Below are positions 27,433 to 37,374 of a stretch of 64,000 nt of DNA, piece after piece (within the stretch, counting starts at the first letter, position 1; the number at the start of each line of letters is the position of its first letter). The notes beneath the pieces are model-generated. The model saw only the letters and a program-made list of their open reading frames with translations. It was not told the DNA's origin and did no database searches. This stretch comes from a virus. Lineage: Duplodnaviria > Caudoviricetes. A program made the translations under genes and the position numbers. The DNA lies in IMG/VR virus record IMGVR_UViG_3300031813_000003, positions 64,001 to 128,000 of that record; one strand, 5' to 3'.

Positions 27433-28814
27433 TAGATAACATTTTTGTTTCGCTGATAGCATCAAATGATTTTTTTACTGTTGTATTTCCTCACTTAGAT
27501 GAAAGATATTTTGGAGAAACACACCACTCTAAACTCTTCACCAAAATTAAAGAATACAATCTAAAGTATAACAAAATCCCTAAAATATCTGATTTGAAGC
27601 TTCTGGTTGAAATGGATAACAATATTTCAGAATCAGATTCTGATGATATATATAATTATCTTGATAGTTTGAAAAAAGTAGAGCGAGTAACTGATGAAAA
27701 ACTACTGATAAAAGAAACTGAAAGTTATGTTCAACAAAGGGCATTAGAACTATCAGTATTAGCAGCTGTCGATATAATCCAAGACCCCAAAAAATCAAAT
27801 GGTGAAATTGAAGATGTAATTAAATCTGCCTTAGCAATTGAGTTTGAAGTGAAGATAGGGCATGATTATTTTTCTCCTGAAGATGTTAAAGCTAGGATGA
27901 ATTCATATCTAGAAGATGAAATGAAAATTCCATTAGATATTGAATTGATGAATACTGCAATGGGTGGTGGATTGGTTAGAAAATCACTATTCATTTTATT
28001 GGCTAATACAAACGTAGGTAAAACTGTTTGGTTATGCCACATTGCGTCAAGTTTAATTAGATCAGGCAAAAACGTTTTATTTGTTTCAGCTGAAATGGGA
28101 TTTGAAGAGATTGGTAAAAGAGTTGACTGTAATATGCTGTCAATTGATATAAATAATCTTTCAAACACTCTTGATAAAACATTATATAAAAACAAAATAA
28201 CAGAGGCTTTTCAAAAGACACATGGTAATCTGATTATTAAAGAATACCCTGCTGGTGCTGCAAATGCAAAACATCTAAGAAACCTTTTGAATGAAATCAA
28301 AACTAAAAAAGGATATCTACCAGATGTTCTGATTCTTGACCATTTAACTCTTTTTGCTTCATTTCGACTTCCAGCATCACAAACAGGGACACATACATAT
28401 GTTATGTGTGTAGCCGAGGAAATAAGGGCTATAGCCAAAGAATACGGCATAGTAATACTAACAGCGGCTCAGTTCAATAGAGGGGCTAAAACCAAGGGTG
28501 TTGACGCTGGAAACGAGGATGTTGGATTAGGTTATGGTATATCTCAGACAGCAGATTGGTCTGGTACTATAGCACAAACACCTGAATTGAAAGAACAGAA
28601 TAAATATCTACTAAAAGTGGCAAAAACTAGATTCGGTTCTAACAACGAATCATATTACACAATCGGAATTGATTACAATCATATGAGATTAATAAATCTT
28701 GATGCAGCTGATCAAGAGATTCCGATTCATTTGAAGGATAAATTAAAACAAATAAAAGACAAAAAAGTTGAAAAAGAAGAATCAAATCTATTTGATGAAT
28801 TCGATTTTGGCTAA
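27426..28814 (+). CDS. 41: replicative DnaB-like helicase
   Basis: IGHDY, ANTNVGKT, VSAEM, IKEYP, ILDH, TAAQFNR, KTRFG. Confidence 0.92.
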   Translation: MLIDNIFVSLIASNDFFTVVFPHLDERYFGETHHSKLFTKIKEYNLKYNKIPKISDLKLLVEMDNNISESDSDDIYNYLDSLKKVERVTDEKLLIKETESYVQQRALELSVLAAVDIIQDPKKSNGEIEDVIKSALAIEFEVKIGHDYFSPEDVKARMNSYLEDEMKIPLDIELMNTAMGGGLVRKSLFILLANTNVGKTVWLCHIASSLIRSGKNVLFVSAEMGFEEIGKRVDCNMLSIDINNLSNTLDKTLYKNKITEAFQKTHGNLIIKEYPAGAANAKHLRNLLNEIKTKKGYLPDVLILDHLTLFASFRLPASQTGTHTYVMCVAEEIRAIAKEYGIVILTAAQFNRGAKTKGVDAGNEDVGLGYGISQTADWSGTIAQTPELKEQNKYLLKVAKTRFGSNNESYYTIGIDYNHMRLINLDAADQEIPIHLKDKLKQIKDKKVEKEESNLFDEFDFG

Positions 28815-28996
28815 GAAAGGAAATCTATGATCTTAACTCTATGCAAGAAATGCGGTAAGTTCCTACCAGAGGGTGAAACTCTTTACCCTGTGACTATTGA
28901 CGAAGGAAATGGTTTGGTGAGTCATATGGATGTATGTCAGAGTTGTTACTGTATCATTCAGAATGATAATGATTCAAAACTTCTGTTGGAGAATGC

Positions 28997-30034
28997 ATGA
29001 TTCTACCAAGATTAGCAGCAAAATATGGTCATAAAAAAATAATGATCACTAGTTCAGATTCAACAGGATGTGGATTGATGAGGGCTGAATACCCTTATCG
29101 ATTCTTGAAAGATAGTTTTGAATGGTGTGAATACTCTTCAGGATTTCCTAGTAGTGATCCTAGAATATATGAAGCAGATATTGTCTGGTTACAACGTCCA
29201 TTACATGAATTTTTCTTAACATATATTCCTGAAATGCAGAAGCAAGGCAAACATGTGATCATTGATCTTGATGATACCCTTTGGCATATCCCTGCATCCA
29301 ATCTAGCACATGTGCATTACCCTACTAAAATATTAAAAAAGGTTGATGCTGTATTTAATTTAGCAAGTTGTTTAACAACTTCAACAGTTCCTTTACGGGA
29401 ATTATTGGTAGAACGTTTCAAAAAAGAAACTTTTATTTTACCAAATCATCTTATTCAAGATGAAATATTCATTCAAGGAAATAAACCTAAGAATGATAAA
29501 ATTAAGATTGGCTGGGCTGGAAGTTATACTCATGCTGGTGATTTTAATCATCATATTGCTAATGCACTAAGGTCTTTACCAAAAGATAAAGTTGAAATAT
29601 ATTGTATGGGTTATATGCCCAATGGATTTGGATCATTTGCAACTGCATTACCGTGGATAGAAACAACACAATTTCATAGAACTTTCAGAGAGCAGAATTG
29701 GGATATTGGTATCATGGTTGCGGATAACAATATGTTCAATACATGTAAGAGTAATTTGAAATTTCTTGAATATGGCGCAACTAAAACTGCAGTTGTCGGA
29801 CATTCTGTTTATCCTTATGCAAATACTGTAAATCATGGTGTAAATGGGTTTTTAGTACAAAAAGATAAAACAGATTGGAAAGAGTATCTCAATACTCTCG
29901 TTGAAAATGAATCTCTTAGACTTCAAATGGCGGAAAATGCTTATTTTGATGTTAAAAGAAACTTCACATATGAAGAGAATTATGAAAATTTAGAACAACG
30001 CTACCTAGATATATTTGAGTATCTAGGAGTATAA
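28997..30034 (+). CDS. GT-B (family 4-like) glycosyltransferase
   Basis: IIDLDD, IGWAGSYTH..D, KSNLKFLEYG, NGFLV. Confidence 0.8.
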   Translation: MILPRLAAKYGHKKIMITSSDSTGCGLMRAEYPYRFLKDSFEWCEYSSGFPSSDPRIYEADIVWLQRPLHEFFLTYIPEMQKQGKHVIIDLDDTLWHIPASNLAHVHYPTKILKKVDAVFNLASCLTTSTVPLRELLVERFKKETFILPNHLIQDEIFIQGNKPKNDKIKIGWAGSYTHAGDFNHHIANALRSLPKDKVEIYCMGYMPNGFGSFATALPWIETTQFHRTFREQNWDIGIMVADNNMFNTCKSNLKFLEYGATKTAVVGHSVYPYANTVNHGVNGFLVQKDKTDWKEYLNTLVENESLRLQMAENAYFDVKRNFTYEENYENLEQRYLDIFEYLGV

Positions 30035-30047
30035 AAAGGAGAAATGA

Positions 30048-30707
30048 ATGAAAGTAAATCTAACAGATATCAATTTTATTTTGGATCAAAGTACTTCTAT
30101 GAGACTTATAGAAAGTTCTACCATTAGTGGATTCAATGAATTCCTAAAATCACAACAAGAAGCAGATGGGGAAGCTAATTTTACCTTAGCCAAATTCGAT
30201 AGTCTATATGAAATTGTATATGATGCGGTAAACGTAAAGGACGTTCAACCACTCTCAACTAAAACTTTTACCCCAAGGGGAATGACTGCTCTACTTGATG
30301 CTATTGGTAGAACAATTGATGCAACTGGTCAACGTCTTGCTGCAATGGCGGAAGAAGATCGTCCTGAGAAGGTTATCTTTGTTATCTTGACTGATGGTGA
30401 AGAAAACATGAGTAAAGAATACACCAAAGAAAGAATCAGTGAAATGATCAAACATCAAACTGAAACTTACTCATGGGACTTTGTATTCCTTGCTGCTAAT
30501 CAAGATGCTATCCAAGCTGGTATGCAGTATGGGTTTCAAGCTTGCAATAGTATGACCTTTGCTGCAAATGCTAATGGTAATTCTAGGGTATACTCTTCTA
30601 TGTCAGATAAAATGACAATGTATCGTTCATGCTCTGTAGAGGCAAAGTGTGCTGGTGGATTCTTTGATGATGCAGACCGTGAAGCGCAAAAGCAAGCAGG
30701 AGCTTAA
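30048..30707 (+). CDS. von Willebrand factor A domain protein
   Basis: MIDAS DQSTSM, PRGMTALLDAIG, ILTDGEEN. Confidence 0.85.
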   Translation: MKVNLTDINFILDQSTSMRLIESSTISGFNEFLKSQQEADGEANFTLAKFDSLYEIVYDAVNVKDVQPLSTKTFTPRGMTALLDAIGRTIDATGQRLAAMAEEDRPEKVIFVILTDGEENMSKEYTKERISEMIKHQTETYSWDFVFLAANQDAIQAGMQYGFQACNSMTFAANANGNSRVYSSMSDKMTMYRSCSVEAKCAGGFFDDADREAQKQAGA

Positions 30708-30715
30708 TCTATTAC

Positions 30716-30744
30716 AAAGGCTAGGGAGAATATCCCTAGCCTTT
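30716..30744 (+). terminator. hairpin, probable terminator
   Basis: AAAGGCTAGGGA-gaata-TCCCTAGCCTTT. Confidence 0.65.
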
Positions 30745-30761
30745 CACCTAAAGGTAACTAA

Positions 30762-31697
30762 ATGATTTTATTCGATTTATCATATTTCGCACATCGTATT
30801 GTGCATCCAAACAAAGATCAGATCATTGAAAATCCTAATTTCTTTGCCCACTTGATCACCATGCAGATTCTGCGATTCTCTAAAATGCTAGGGGCATCCA
30901 AACAGAATAAATTTGTTATATGTTTAGATTCTAAAACATGGAGAAAGGAATATTACGAAACTAATAAAGTTAAGTTTCCTGAACTAGTGAATGAGACGTA
31001 TAAGGGACGTAGAGTAAAGGATGATACTATTCCCTGGGATACTATTCAAGAGACAATCAATATCATAGGAACTGCGTTTAAATTAGCTAGTGATTTTTAT
31101 GTTGTTAAAGCTTCAGGGGCTGAAGCTGATGATGTTATTGCAGTATTAACCAAAAAATTTAAAAATAAAGAAACTATCTTTATTCTTTCTCCAGACAAAG
31201 ACTTCATTCAACTTCAAGACGATAATGTTTATATTTTTGATCCATTGAAGAATGCCTTTAAGCCTACTCAGGATATCGACTATTTTATGAAGATTCACCT
31301 TATGATTGGTGATAAATCTGATAATATTCCAGCAATTAGATCAAGATTAGGTGAGAAAACTGCTGTTAAGATATTGAAAGATTTAGATAATTTATTAGCA
31401 ACTGATCCTACTATGCGAGAAAAATATGAGTTCAATAAGAATTTAATTGACTTTTCTATGATTCCATCGTATATTGAATCTAACATATTGGAAGAATATG
31501 AAACCCAAAGTTTCAATTATAATCCAAGTAACCTAATGAAACTGTTTATGAAGTATGGCATGGCTAAAATCTCCGAAGATGTTGGTTCTTTCAAGCTGGC
31601 CGAATCTGAAGTCAAAACACCTACCAATCAATTTTTCATAGACAGTAAAAAGAATGAGGAATTCTCTAGGTACACTCTAGAAGAATTTTTCAATTAA
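30762..31697 (+). CDS. rnh: T4 RNase H / 5'-3' flap exonuclease
   Basis: YKGRR, EADDVIA, SPDKDFIQL, GDKSDNIP. Confidence 0.9.
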   Translation: MILFDLSYFAHRIVHPNKDQIIENPNFFAHLITMQILRFSKMLGASKQNKFVICLDSKTWRKEYYETNKVKFPELVNETYKGRRVKDDTIPWDTIQETINIIGTAFKLASDFYVVKASGAEADDVIAVLTKKFKNKETIFILSPDKDFIQLQDDNVYIFDPLKNAFKPTQDIDYFMKIHLMIGDKSDNIPAIRSRLGEKTAVKILKDLDNLLATDPTMREKYEFNKNLIDFSMIPSYIESNILEEYETQSFNYNPSNLMKLFMKYGMAKISEDVGSFKLAESEVKTPTNQFFIDSKKNEEFSRYTLEEFFN

Positions 31698-31723
31698 TCA
31701 CTATTAGAATCAAAGGATACCAA

Positions 31724-31933
31724 ATGTCTAAAATCAATGAAACAATAACATTCACAAATGGAAATTATTTTTGTTCGTCAATTATTCGCCCTGATTGTCT
31801 TCGAAAAGGTGGCAACCAATGCTGCCTTTATTGTGATCTTGTGGAAAAATGTATCACCCTTAACAAAAGTAAAACTAAACCATGTTCAGCTTATATTGTA
31901 TCCACTGACGAATTCTGCCCATATAGTGTATGA
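31724..31933 (+). CDS. small Cys-rich protein
   Basis: AAGGA SD; many Cys. Confidence 0.5.
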   Translation: MSKINETITFTNGNYFCSSIIRPDCLRKGGNQCCLYCDLVEKCITLNKSKTKPCSAYIVSTDEFCPYSV

Positions 31934-32115
31934 TAATTTTTACACCTAAACCAGCAGCACCTATGTCATATACAACTGATTGTATAAATTGTGAGGGTCA
32001 TATTGAATATCAAAAATGTGATATTCAATATTTCTCCGATGTTGATTATCACAATGAAACATATGATTACCCAGGAATAACTTGCCCTGGATGTAAAACT
32101 AAAATAAGGATATAA
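31930..32115 (+). CDS. small Zn-ribbon protein
   Basis: CINC...CPGC. Confidence 0.5.
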   Translation: MIIFTPKPAAPMSYTTDCINCEGHIEYQKCDIQYFSDVDYHNETYDYPGITCPGCKTKIRI

Positions 32116-32119
32116 AGAA

Positions 32120-32503
32120 ATGAGAAATACACCAGAATTAATAGATCATATGAAACCAGATGAAGTTTTCGTATTCGGTTCTAACACCGCAGGGATTCAC
32201 GGCGCAGGAGCAGCACTTCTAGCCAAACAAAGATTTGGGGCAATCAAGGGGCAAGGAATAGGCATACAAGGACGTTCTTACGCCATCCCTACCAAAGGTA
32301 TGCAGCTAGAGGTTCTACCTCTTTCAACCATCCAGAATTATGTCAATGATTTTATCTCCTTCACTAGGAGAACCCCTGAACTGAAATTTTATGTGACTAA
32401 AATCGGTTGTGGATTAGCAGGATATACAGTTGAAGACATTGCTCCTATGTTTAAACAACATAGTATTCCAGATAATGTCTGGTTGCCTGTTGAGTTTTGG
32501 TAA
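32120..32503 (+). CDS. macro-domain-like (A1pp-type) ADP-ribose-processing protein
   Basis: VFVFGSN..GIHGAGAA, SYAIPTK, VTKIGCGLAG. Confidence 0.7.
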   Translation: MRNTPELIDHMKPDEVFVFGSNTAGIHGAGAALLAKQRFGAIKGQGIGIQGRSYAIPTKGMQLEVLPLSTIQNYVNDFISFTRRTPELKFYVTKIGCGLAGYTVEDIAPMFKQHSIPDNVWLPVEFW

Positions 32504-32561
32504 TAAAATATAATCATTATATTAGATAAACTAACAAAGAAATATAAATCCTAGGGTTATA

Positions 32562-33527
32562 ATGCAGAAATATAAAGAACTCCAATATATACACAGATTA
32601 GGGTTACCAAAATTGAAACGTGTTCAGCCTGGGTATATGTGTAGTTGTATTAAATGTAGAGAAGGTAGTTCTCCTTGGAAAACTAGAATGTATTTTCTGA
32701 CAGAGAATAAAGAGTATATCACGGTGTTTTGTCAGCATTGTGGATATAATACTAATCTCAGAATGTTTTTGAAAGAATTTTTCCCTTTTATATATGAAGA
32801 GTATGTAAAAGAAGAATTGAATGATAAGATGGAAGGGCTTAAAAACGGAACTTTGATCATCAAAGAACCAAAAAAATCCAAAATAAATACTTGTGTAGAA
32901 CTGAAATACAAATTCAACCTAAATCAAAAATATTTCAAACCAGCAAACAAATACAGAGCATCTGTAGATTTTTGCAAGAAAAGACATATTTCAGAACATA
33001 TTGATAAGTTCTATTATAATATTCATCCAACACATATAATGTCAGGAATGGTAGTTTTCCCATTTTTATTGGAAGATCAAGAAACACTTTATGGTCTTCA
33101 AGGAAGACATACTGAAAAGAAATTGTTTCATACAATATCTAAAAATGAAGCAATGAAAATTTATAATATATTTAATGTAAATTTTGATAAACCTGTATAT
33201 TGCTTTGAATCTATTATCGACTCTCTCATGGTAGAAAACGCAATTGCAATGTTAGGTACTACATTAAGCCCTGCTATATCAGATATGATTCAACATAAAG
33301 TAATGATAACCGATAACGATAGGGTAGGTAGGGAAAGAACGTTACGATATTTACAGGAAGGACATGAATGTTTCATATTCCCTAGTAATTTCAAGTATAA
33401 AGATTTCAATGAAGCAGTTTGTGATGGGTTTAAAAAATCTGATCTCCCTAAACTCATAGAAAATAACACTTTTATAAAAGAAGCTGGTATAGCAAGAATT
33501 AAATTTCAGTTAATGGGGAAAAAATAA
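32562..33527 (+). CDS. 61: DNA primase
   Basis: Zn finger CIKC...CQHCG; TOPRIM FESIIDS, DND, KDFNE. Confidence 0.85.
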   Translation: MQKYKELQYIHRLGLPKLKRVQPGYMCSCIKCREGSSPWKTRMYFLTENKEYITVFCQHCGYNTNLRMFLKEFFPFIYEEYVKEELNDKMEGLKNGTLIIKEPKKSKINTCVELKYKFNLNQKYFKPANKYRASVDFCKKRHISEHIDKFYYNIHPTHIMSGMVVFPFLLEDQETLYGLQGRHTEKKLFHTISKNEAMKIYNIFNVNFDKPVYCFESIIDSLMVENAIAMLGTTLSPAISDMIQHKVMITDNDRVGRERTLRYLQEGHECFIFPSNFKYKDFNEAVCDGFKKSDLPKLIENNTFIKEAGIARIKFQLMGKK

Positions 33528-33838
33528 TGCCTTTGTATGAATATGGATGTAGTAAATGTAATAAAACATGGGAATTAAAATTGACAATGCAAGAGCATGA
33601 TGATATAAAGGGACAACTCAAATGTGAGTGTGGTGAAGTGGCGCACCAAGTTGTTACACCATTGAATTTTAGACTAAAAGGAGAAGGATGGTTTGGTAGG
33701 GATGGAGGAAATAACGCCAGCGGGTTAGGATATGAAATGACACAGAACTCTATGGACAAATCGAAAGACGAAGTTGCCCGAATGGATGACTGTGTATCTG
33801 AAATGGCAGCTAAAGATGAAAATGTGAGGGAGATTTGA
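33527..33838 (+). CDS. FmdB-family Zn-ribbon protein
   Basis: MPLYEYGCSKC...CECG...FRLKGEGW. Confidence 0.8.
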   Translation: MPLYEYGCSKCNKTWELKLTMQEHDDIKGQLKCECGEVAHQVVTPLNFRLKGEGWFGRDGGNNASGLGYEMTQNSMDKSKDEVARMDDCVSEMAAKDENVREI

Positions 33839-34485
33839 TGAATGCTATGAAACTTGGAGTGCGACCTATTAAATCATGTGACGAATGTGAAGATCAACAA
33901 GGAGAAGTTCTTGGACAAACATTCAAAGAAAGAATGTGGCTTGCCTTTCTGCCCGAAAAGAAAATTCTCCTTAACTGTGTAATAGATGAAGACCTTATTG
34001 AAAAAGCAGTTATGCAAATATTTGCTTTCAATGAATATGATGCCGCAATGAAAGCAGAAAATCCTTCTTATATTGCCGCTCCTATCAAAATCTATATCAA
34101 CTCTGCTGGTGGTATTCTTGATGAGTGTTTCAGTCTAGTTTCTACAATTGAAGCTTCTACTACTCCTGTATGGACAATTGCCCTAGGTAAAGCATATTCC
34201 GCAGGATTCCTGATTTTACTTGCTGGACATATGAGATTTGCTCAGAAAAGAGCTACCCTCATGTATCATCAAGGTGCAGCTGGAATCAACGGTGAATTCA
34301 GTAAGATCATCGAATATGCCCGACATTGGGAACAGTGCCAAGGTATTGTGGAAGACTACGTTATAGAAAAAACAAAGATTAAAAGAAAACAACTTGACTT
34401 GATTTTCAACCATAGAACTGACTCATATATGAACACCGAAACTGCGTTGAAACTTGGAGTTATTGACGCAATCTGGACTCACTAA
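33835..34485 (+). CDS. clpP: ClpP-like protease subunit
   Basis: IYINSAGG, GKAYSAG (Ser), LMYHQ (His), ALKLGVIDAI. Confidence 0.85.
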   Translation: MMNAMKLGVRPIKSCDECEDQQGEVLGQTFKERMWLAFLPEKKILLNCVIDEDLIEKAVMQIFAFNEYDAAMKAENPSYIAAPIKIYINSAGGILDECFSLVSTIEASTTPVWTIALGKAYSAGFLILLAGHMRFAQKRATLMYHQGAAGINGEFSKIIEYARHWEQCQGIVEDYVIEKTKIKRKQLDLIFNHRTDSYMNTETALKLGVIDAIWTH

Positions 34486-34503
34486 CTAATAATTAAATAT
34501 CAT

Positions 34504-34550
34504 AAAAGTTGCACCATAACACTAACTATGTTATGGTGCAACTTTTTATT
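34504..34550 (+). terminator. terminator hairpin containing a promoter-like sequence
   Basis: AAAAGTTGCACCATAACA-ctaacta-TGTTATGGTGCAACTTTT; TTGCAC-17-TATGGT inside. Confidence 0.7.
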
Positions 34551-34569
34551 TAACTTAAGGAAATAACTA

Positions 34570-35481
34570 ATGAAAGTTCTTTATGCAGGGAGTTTCAATC
34601 CTTTTCATTTAGCACATCAATATGTTTTTGATACAGCATGTAAATGTTTTAGCAAAAAAAATGTATGGATTGGTGTGGGCCAGAACAAAGATAAACCTAT
34701 CAAGAATTTAGACAAGATCAAATACTCTTTAGTACCAGTAACTCCAAATGTAATCACATACACAGGGCTAACCGCAAAAGTCATCAGGGAACTTGGATTT
34801 GATCTTTTAGTTCGTGGTATTCGTCCAGGGAAATCTATAGAACAAGAAGAGGATTTGCTATACTGGAACCGTAACCTCACAGGTATTGATACAATCCTTA
34901 TTCCTACACATTCAGACCTTTGTAGAATTTCTTCATCAGCTATCAGGGAACTTGCTGCTAATGGTGAGTATATATACGATTATGTCAACCCTGAAGTATA
35001 TGCGAGATTGACTAACCAACTGACAACTGTATATTTTGGGAAGTCATGTTCTGGTAAATCAACTTACCTTGATAGAAATACTATTGGTAGGGTGAATATG
35101 GATTACTACATTTGGGAATTGATAAATCTATCAAATAGTAGGAAGAATGTTCTCAAAGAACAACTAAGAGGTTGTATCAAAAATCCCGATCAAACTGGTA
35201 TATATAACAGTATAATCTATGAGATTGCAAGAAACATTGATTGGATGCAATTTGTTCAGTCTGGATGTAATATTGATGCAGCTGTTATTGGCGTGTACTG
35301 GTACTATATTCCTCCTGAGATTAGGGGATTGATGAAACTAATAAAGGTTGAAACATCAGAATCAAATAGAATGAAATTTGCCGAAATGAGGAATGTTTCC
35401 AAAGAGTTCTTGTATTTCTCAGATTGCTTTTATAAAGACCCTCCCTATTGGGACGAAACTATAACTATTGAGGATATATAA
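34570..35481 (+). CDS. CoaD-like adenylyltransferase fused to P-loop kinase (CoaE-like)
   Basis: YAGSFNPFHLAH, LVRGIR, ISSSAIREL; then GKSCSGKST, NMD, IDAAV, V.TS..NR. Confidence 0.7.
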   Translation: MKVLYAGSFNPFHLAHQYVFDTACKCFSKKNVWIGVGQNKDKPIKNLDKIKYSLVPVTPNVITYTGLTAKVIRELGFDLLVRGIRPGKSIEQEEDLLYWNRNLTGIDTILIPTHSDLCRISSSAIRELAANGEYIYDYVNPEVYARLTNQLTTVYFGKSCSGKSTYLDRNTIGRVNMDYYIWELINLSNSRKNVLKEQLRGCIKNPDQTGIYNSIIYEIARNIDWMQFVQSGCNIDAAVIGVYWYYIPPEIRGLMKLIKVETSESNRMKFAEMRNVSKEFLYFSDCFYKDPPYWDETITIEDI

Positions 35482-35889
35482 ATGAATGAAAAATATTGTA
35501 AATTGAAACTAGGCAACGAAACTAATGGTATTGAGCTTTCATATCTAACCTACAAAGGTACATGGGATATAAATGTGGGGGTATACTCCAATAAGAAAGC
35601 GAGTGATTTTTGTTTAGACTACAAATATCCTGATGATATAGCTTTCTTAAACTCTCTTAAAAACTTTACTTTAGATAGCAATAAAATTATATGGAAATAT
35701 GAAGAAAGATATTTTAACTATATATACGATATTCATATCTACCCTAAAGCAGAGAAAATTTATATATCTACATATGAAAATGATGAAGATGATAATGAAA
35801 CCGTAGTTGAACTTGAATATAATCTAAATGAAAAAGAAATCAAGAAGTTCATGAAATTTGTGAAAGAACTAAATAAGGAACTAGTGTAA
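35482..35889 (+). CDS. hypothetical protein
   Basis: GAGGA SD. Confidence 0.6.
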   Translation: MNEKYCKLKLGNETNGIELSYLTYKGTWDINVGVYSNKKASDFCLDYKYPDDIAFLNSLKNFTLDSNKIIWKYEERYFNYIYDIHIYPKAEKIYISTYENDEDDNETVVELEYNLNEKEIKKFMKFVKELNKELV

Positions 35890-36089
35890 TGGATAACAAC
35901 GATAGTATCAAAAAGTTGATTACTTCACTTAACACAAAGAAAGCAGAACTATTAAACGAAAGTAACAAAGTTCAAGGTGCCATCAATGCACTTCAGAATA
36001 TTTGTGACCATGATTGGAACTGCGTAGGGCATGACTCCCATAAAGATCATTATACATGTACAATATGTGGAAAGACTGATTCTTACTAA
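35889..36089 (+). CDS. small Zn-finger protein
   Basis: CDHDW...CTICG. Confidence 0.6.
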   Translation: MDNNDSIKKLITSLNTKKAELLNESNKVQGAINALQNICDHDWNCVGHDSHKDHYTCTICGKTDSY

Positions 36090-36099
36090 AGGAAAATGA

Positions 36100-37371
36100 A
36101 TGAATGAATATGATGTATTGGTAGATACCCTACCAAAAGATAGCGAAAGCGCAGGGTCAGTAAATCTTGGTCTAGAACTAGTTGCAAAGCAAACTGGAGC
36201 AAAGGTAGTTCAATGGCATGAAAAGCTAGATATAGTACCAAAGAATATCGGCATCAACATCATCTATCCTCCCCATATGCTAAACATAGTTCCATTCCTT
36301 CGAAGAAACGGCATAGAACCTCTCAAAGACAAACGTAATGGAGAACATATAATCACAGTTGGAGGCCCAGCAATCGGTAATGGCAAGGCTTTAACTGATA
36401 TTGTTGATCATGTTTACTTCGGGGAATTCGATCTTGATTTAAATTTGACTTCTATCGTTTCTGAGCCTATAATAAAAAATGGAAAAGCAGTTATCGAATT
36501 GACTAGGGGATGTAAATCAAAATGTAAATTTTGTGAATATACATTCAACGTCAAACAGTATAGAGAAAAAGATTTTGAACTAGTAAAAGCTCAACTTCAT
36601 CAACTAATGAAAGTTGGGATCAAACGTGTCAACTTCCTGTCAGCAAACTTCGCTGGATACTCCAAACTCCCTGAACTAATAGAATATTGCATCTTCCATC
36701 ACATCACAATCCTAAACTGTGATTCTTGTGTTAAAGATGCACATAGACTTTTACCATACACTAAATATCTCCAGAACAATATTAAACTAGGGATTGAATC
36801 CTTTGATGAAGCTACTAGAAAATCTATAGCTAAACCAATGGCTGAACAAAAACTAATTGATACAATCAGGACTCTTTCAAATCACATGACATACATTCAT
36901 ATGTATTTGATTTTTGGTTTGCCTGGGGATAACTATGATGAATGGGTTCGTTGGTTAAAGATTTTATCAGATATCAGGAAAGAATTCACTACAACATCTT
37001 ACAATCTTCTTGATGAAGAACTTGTCAGGAATACAAAGAACCTTAGATATGAATTCTCTATAACTAATTTTGAGCCTTGTTATAATACACCAATGGCTAA
37101 TACACCTACCGTGGATTTTAAAGCAAAAGACGAATTCTTGATCAAATGGGGGGAAGGGCTGAAACAATATGGATTCTTCAAAGGTGAAGAATATGGTTAC
37201 AAAAACGCAAAAGGAAGAATTGGTAGAAAAGAAGCATCATACGAAATGTTGATGCTGTTGAAAAAGGGTGATAACCTTACAGATAGATTTTTGAATCTAT
37301 TTCAAAAAGGAATCAGTAGAAGTATTGATCATGATCTAGCTGAAGAATTTATAAACTATAAAGGAAAATAA
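36100..37371 (+). CDS. radical SAM enzyme (B12-binding-like N-terminus)
   Basis: ELTRGCKSKCKFC, VGGP, LGIES, IFGLPG. Confidence 0.85.
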   Translation: MNEYDVLVDTLPKDSESAGSVNLGLELVAKQTGAKVVQWHEKLDIVPKNIGINIIYPPHMLNIVPFLRRNGIEPLKDKRNGEHIITVGGPAIGNGKALTDIVDHVYFGEFDLDLNLTSIVSEPIIKNGKAVIELTRGCKSKCKFCEYTFNVKQYREKDFELVKAQLHQLMKVGIKRVNFLSANFAGYSKLPELIEYCIFHHITILNCDSCVKDAHRLLPYTKYLQNNIKLGIESFDEATRKSIAKPMAEQKLIDTIRTLSNHMTYIHMYLIFGLPGDNYDEWVRWLKILSDIRKEFTTTSYNLLDEELVRNTKNLRYEFSITNFEPCYNTPMANTPTVDFKAKDEFLIKWGEGLKQYGFFKGEEYGYKNAKGRIGRKEASYEMLMLLKKGDNLTDRFLNLFQKGISRSIDHDLAEEFINYKGK

Positions 37372-37374
37372 TTA

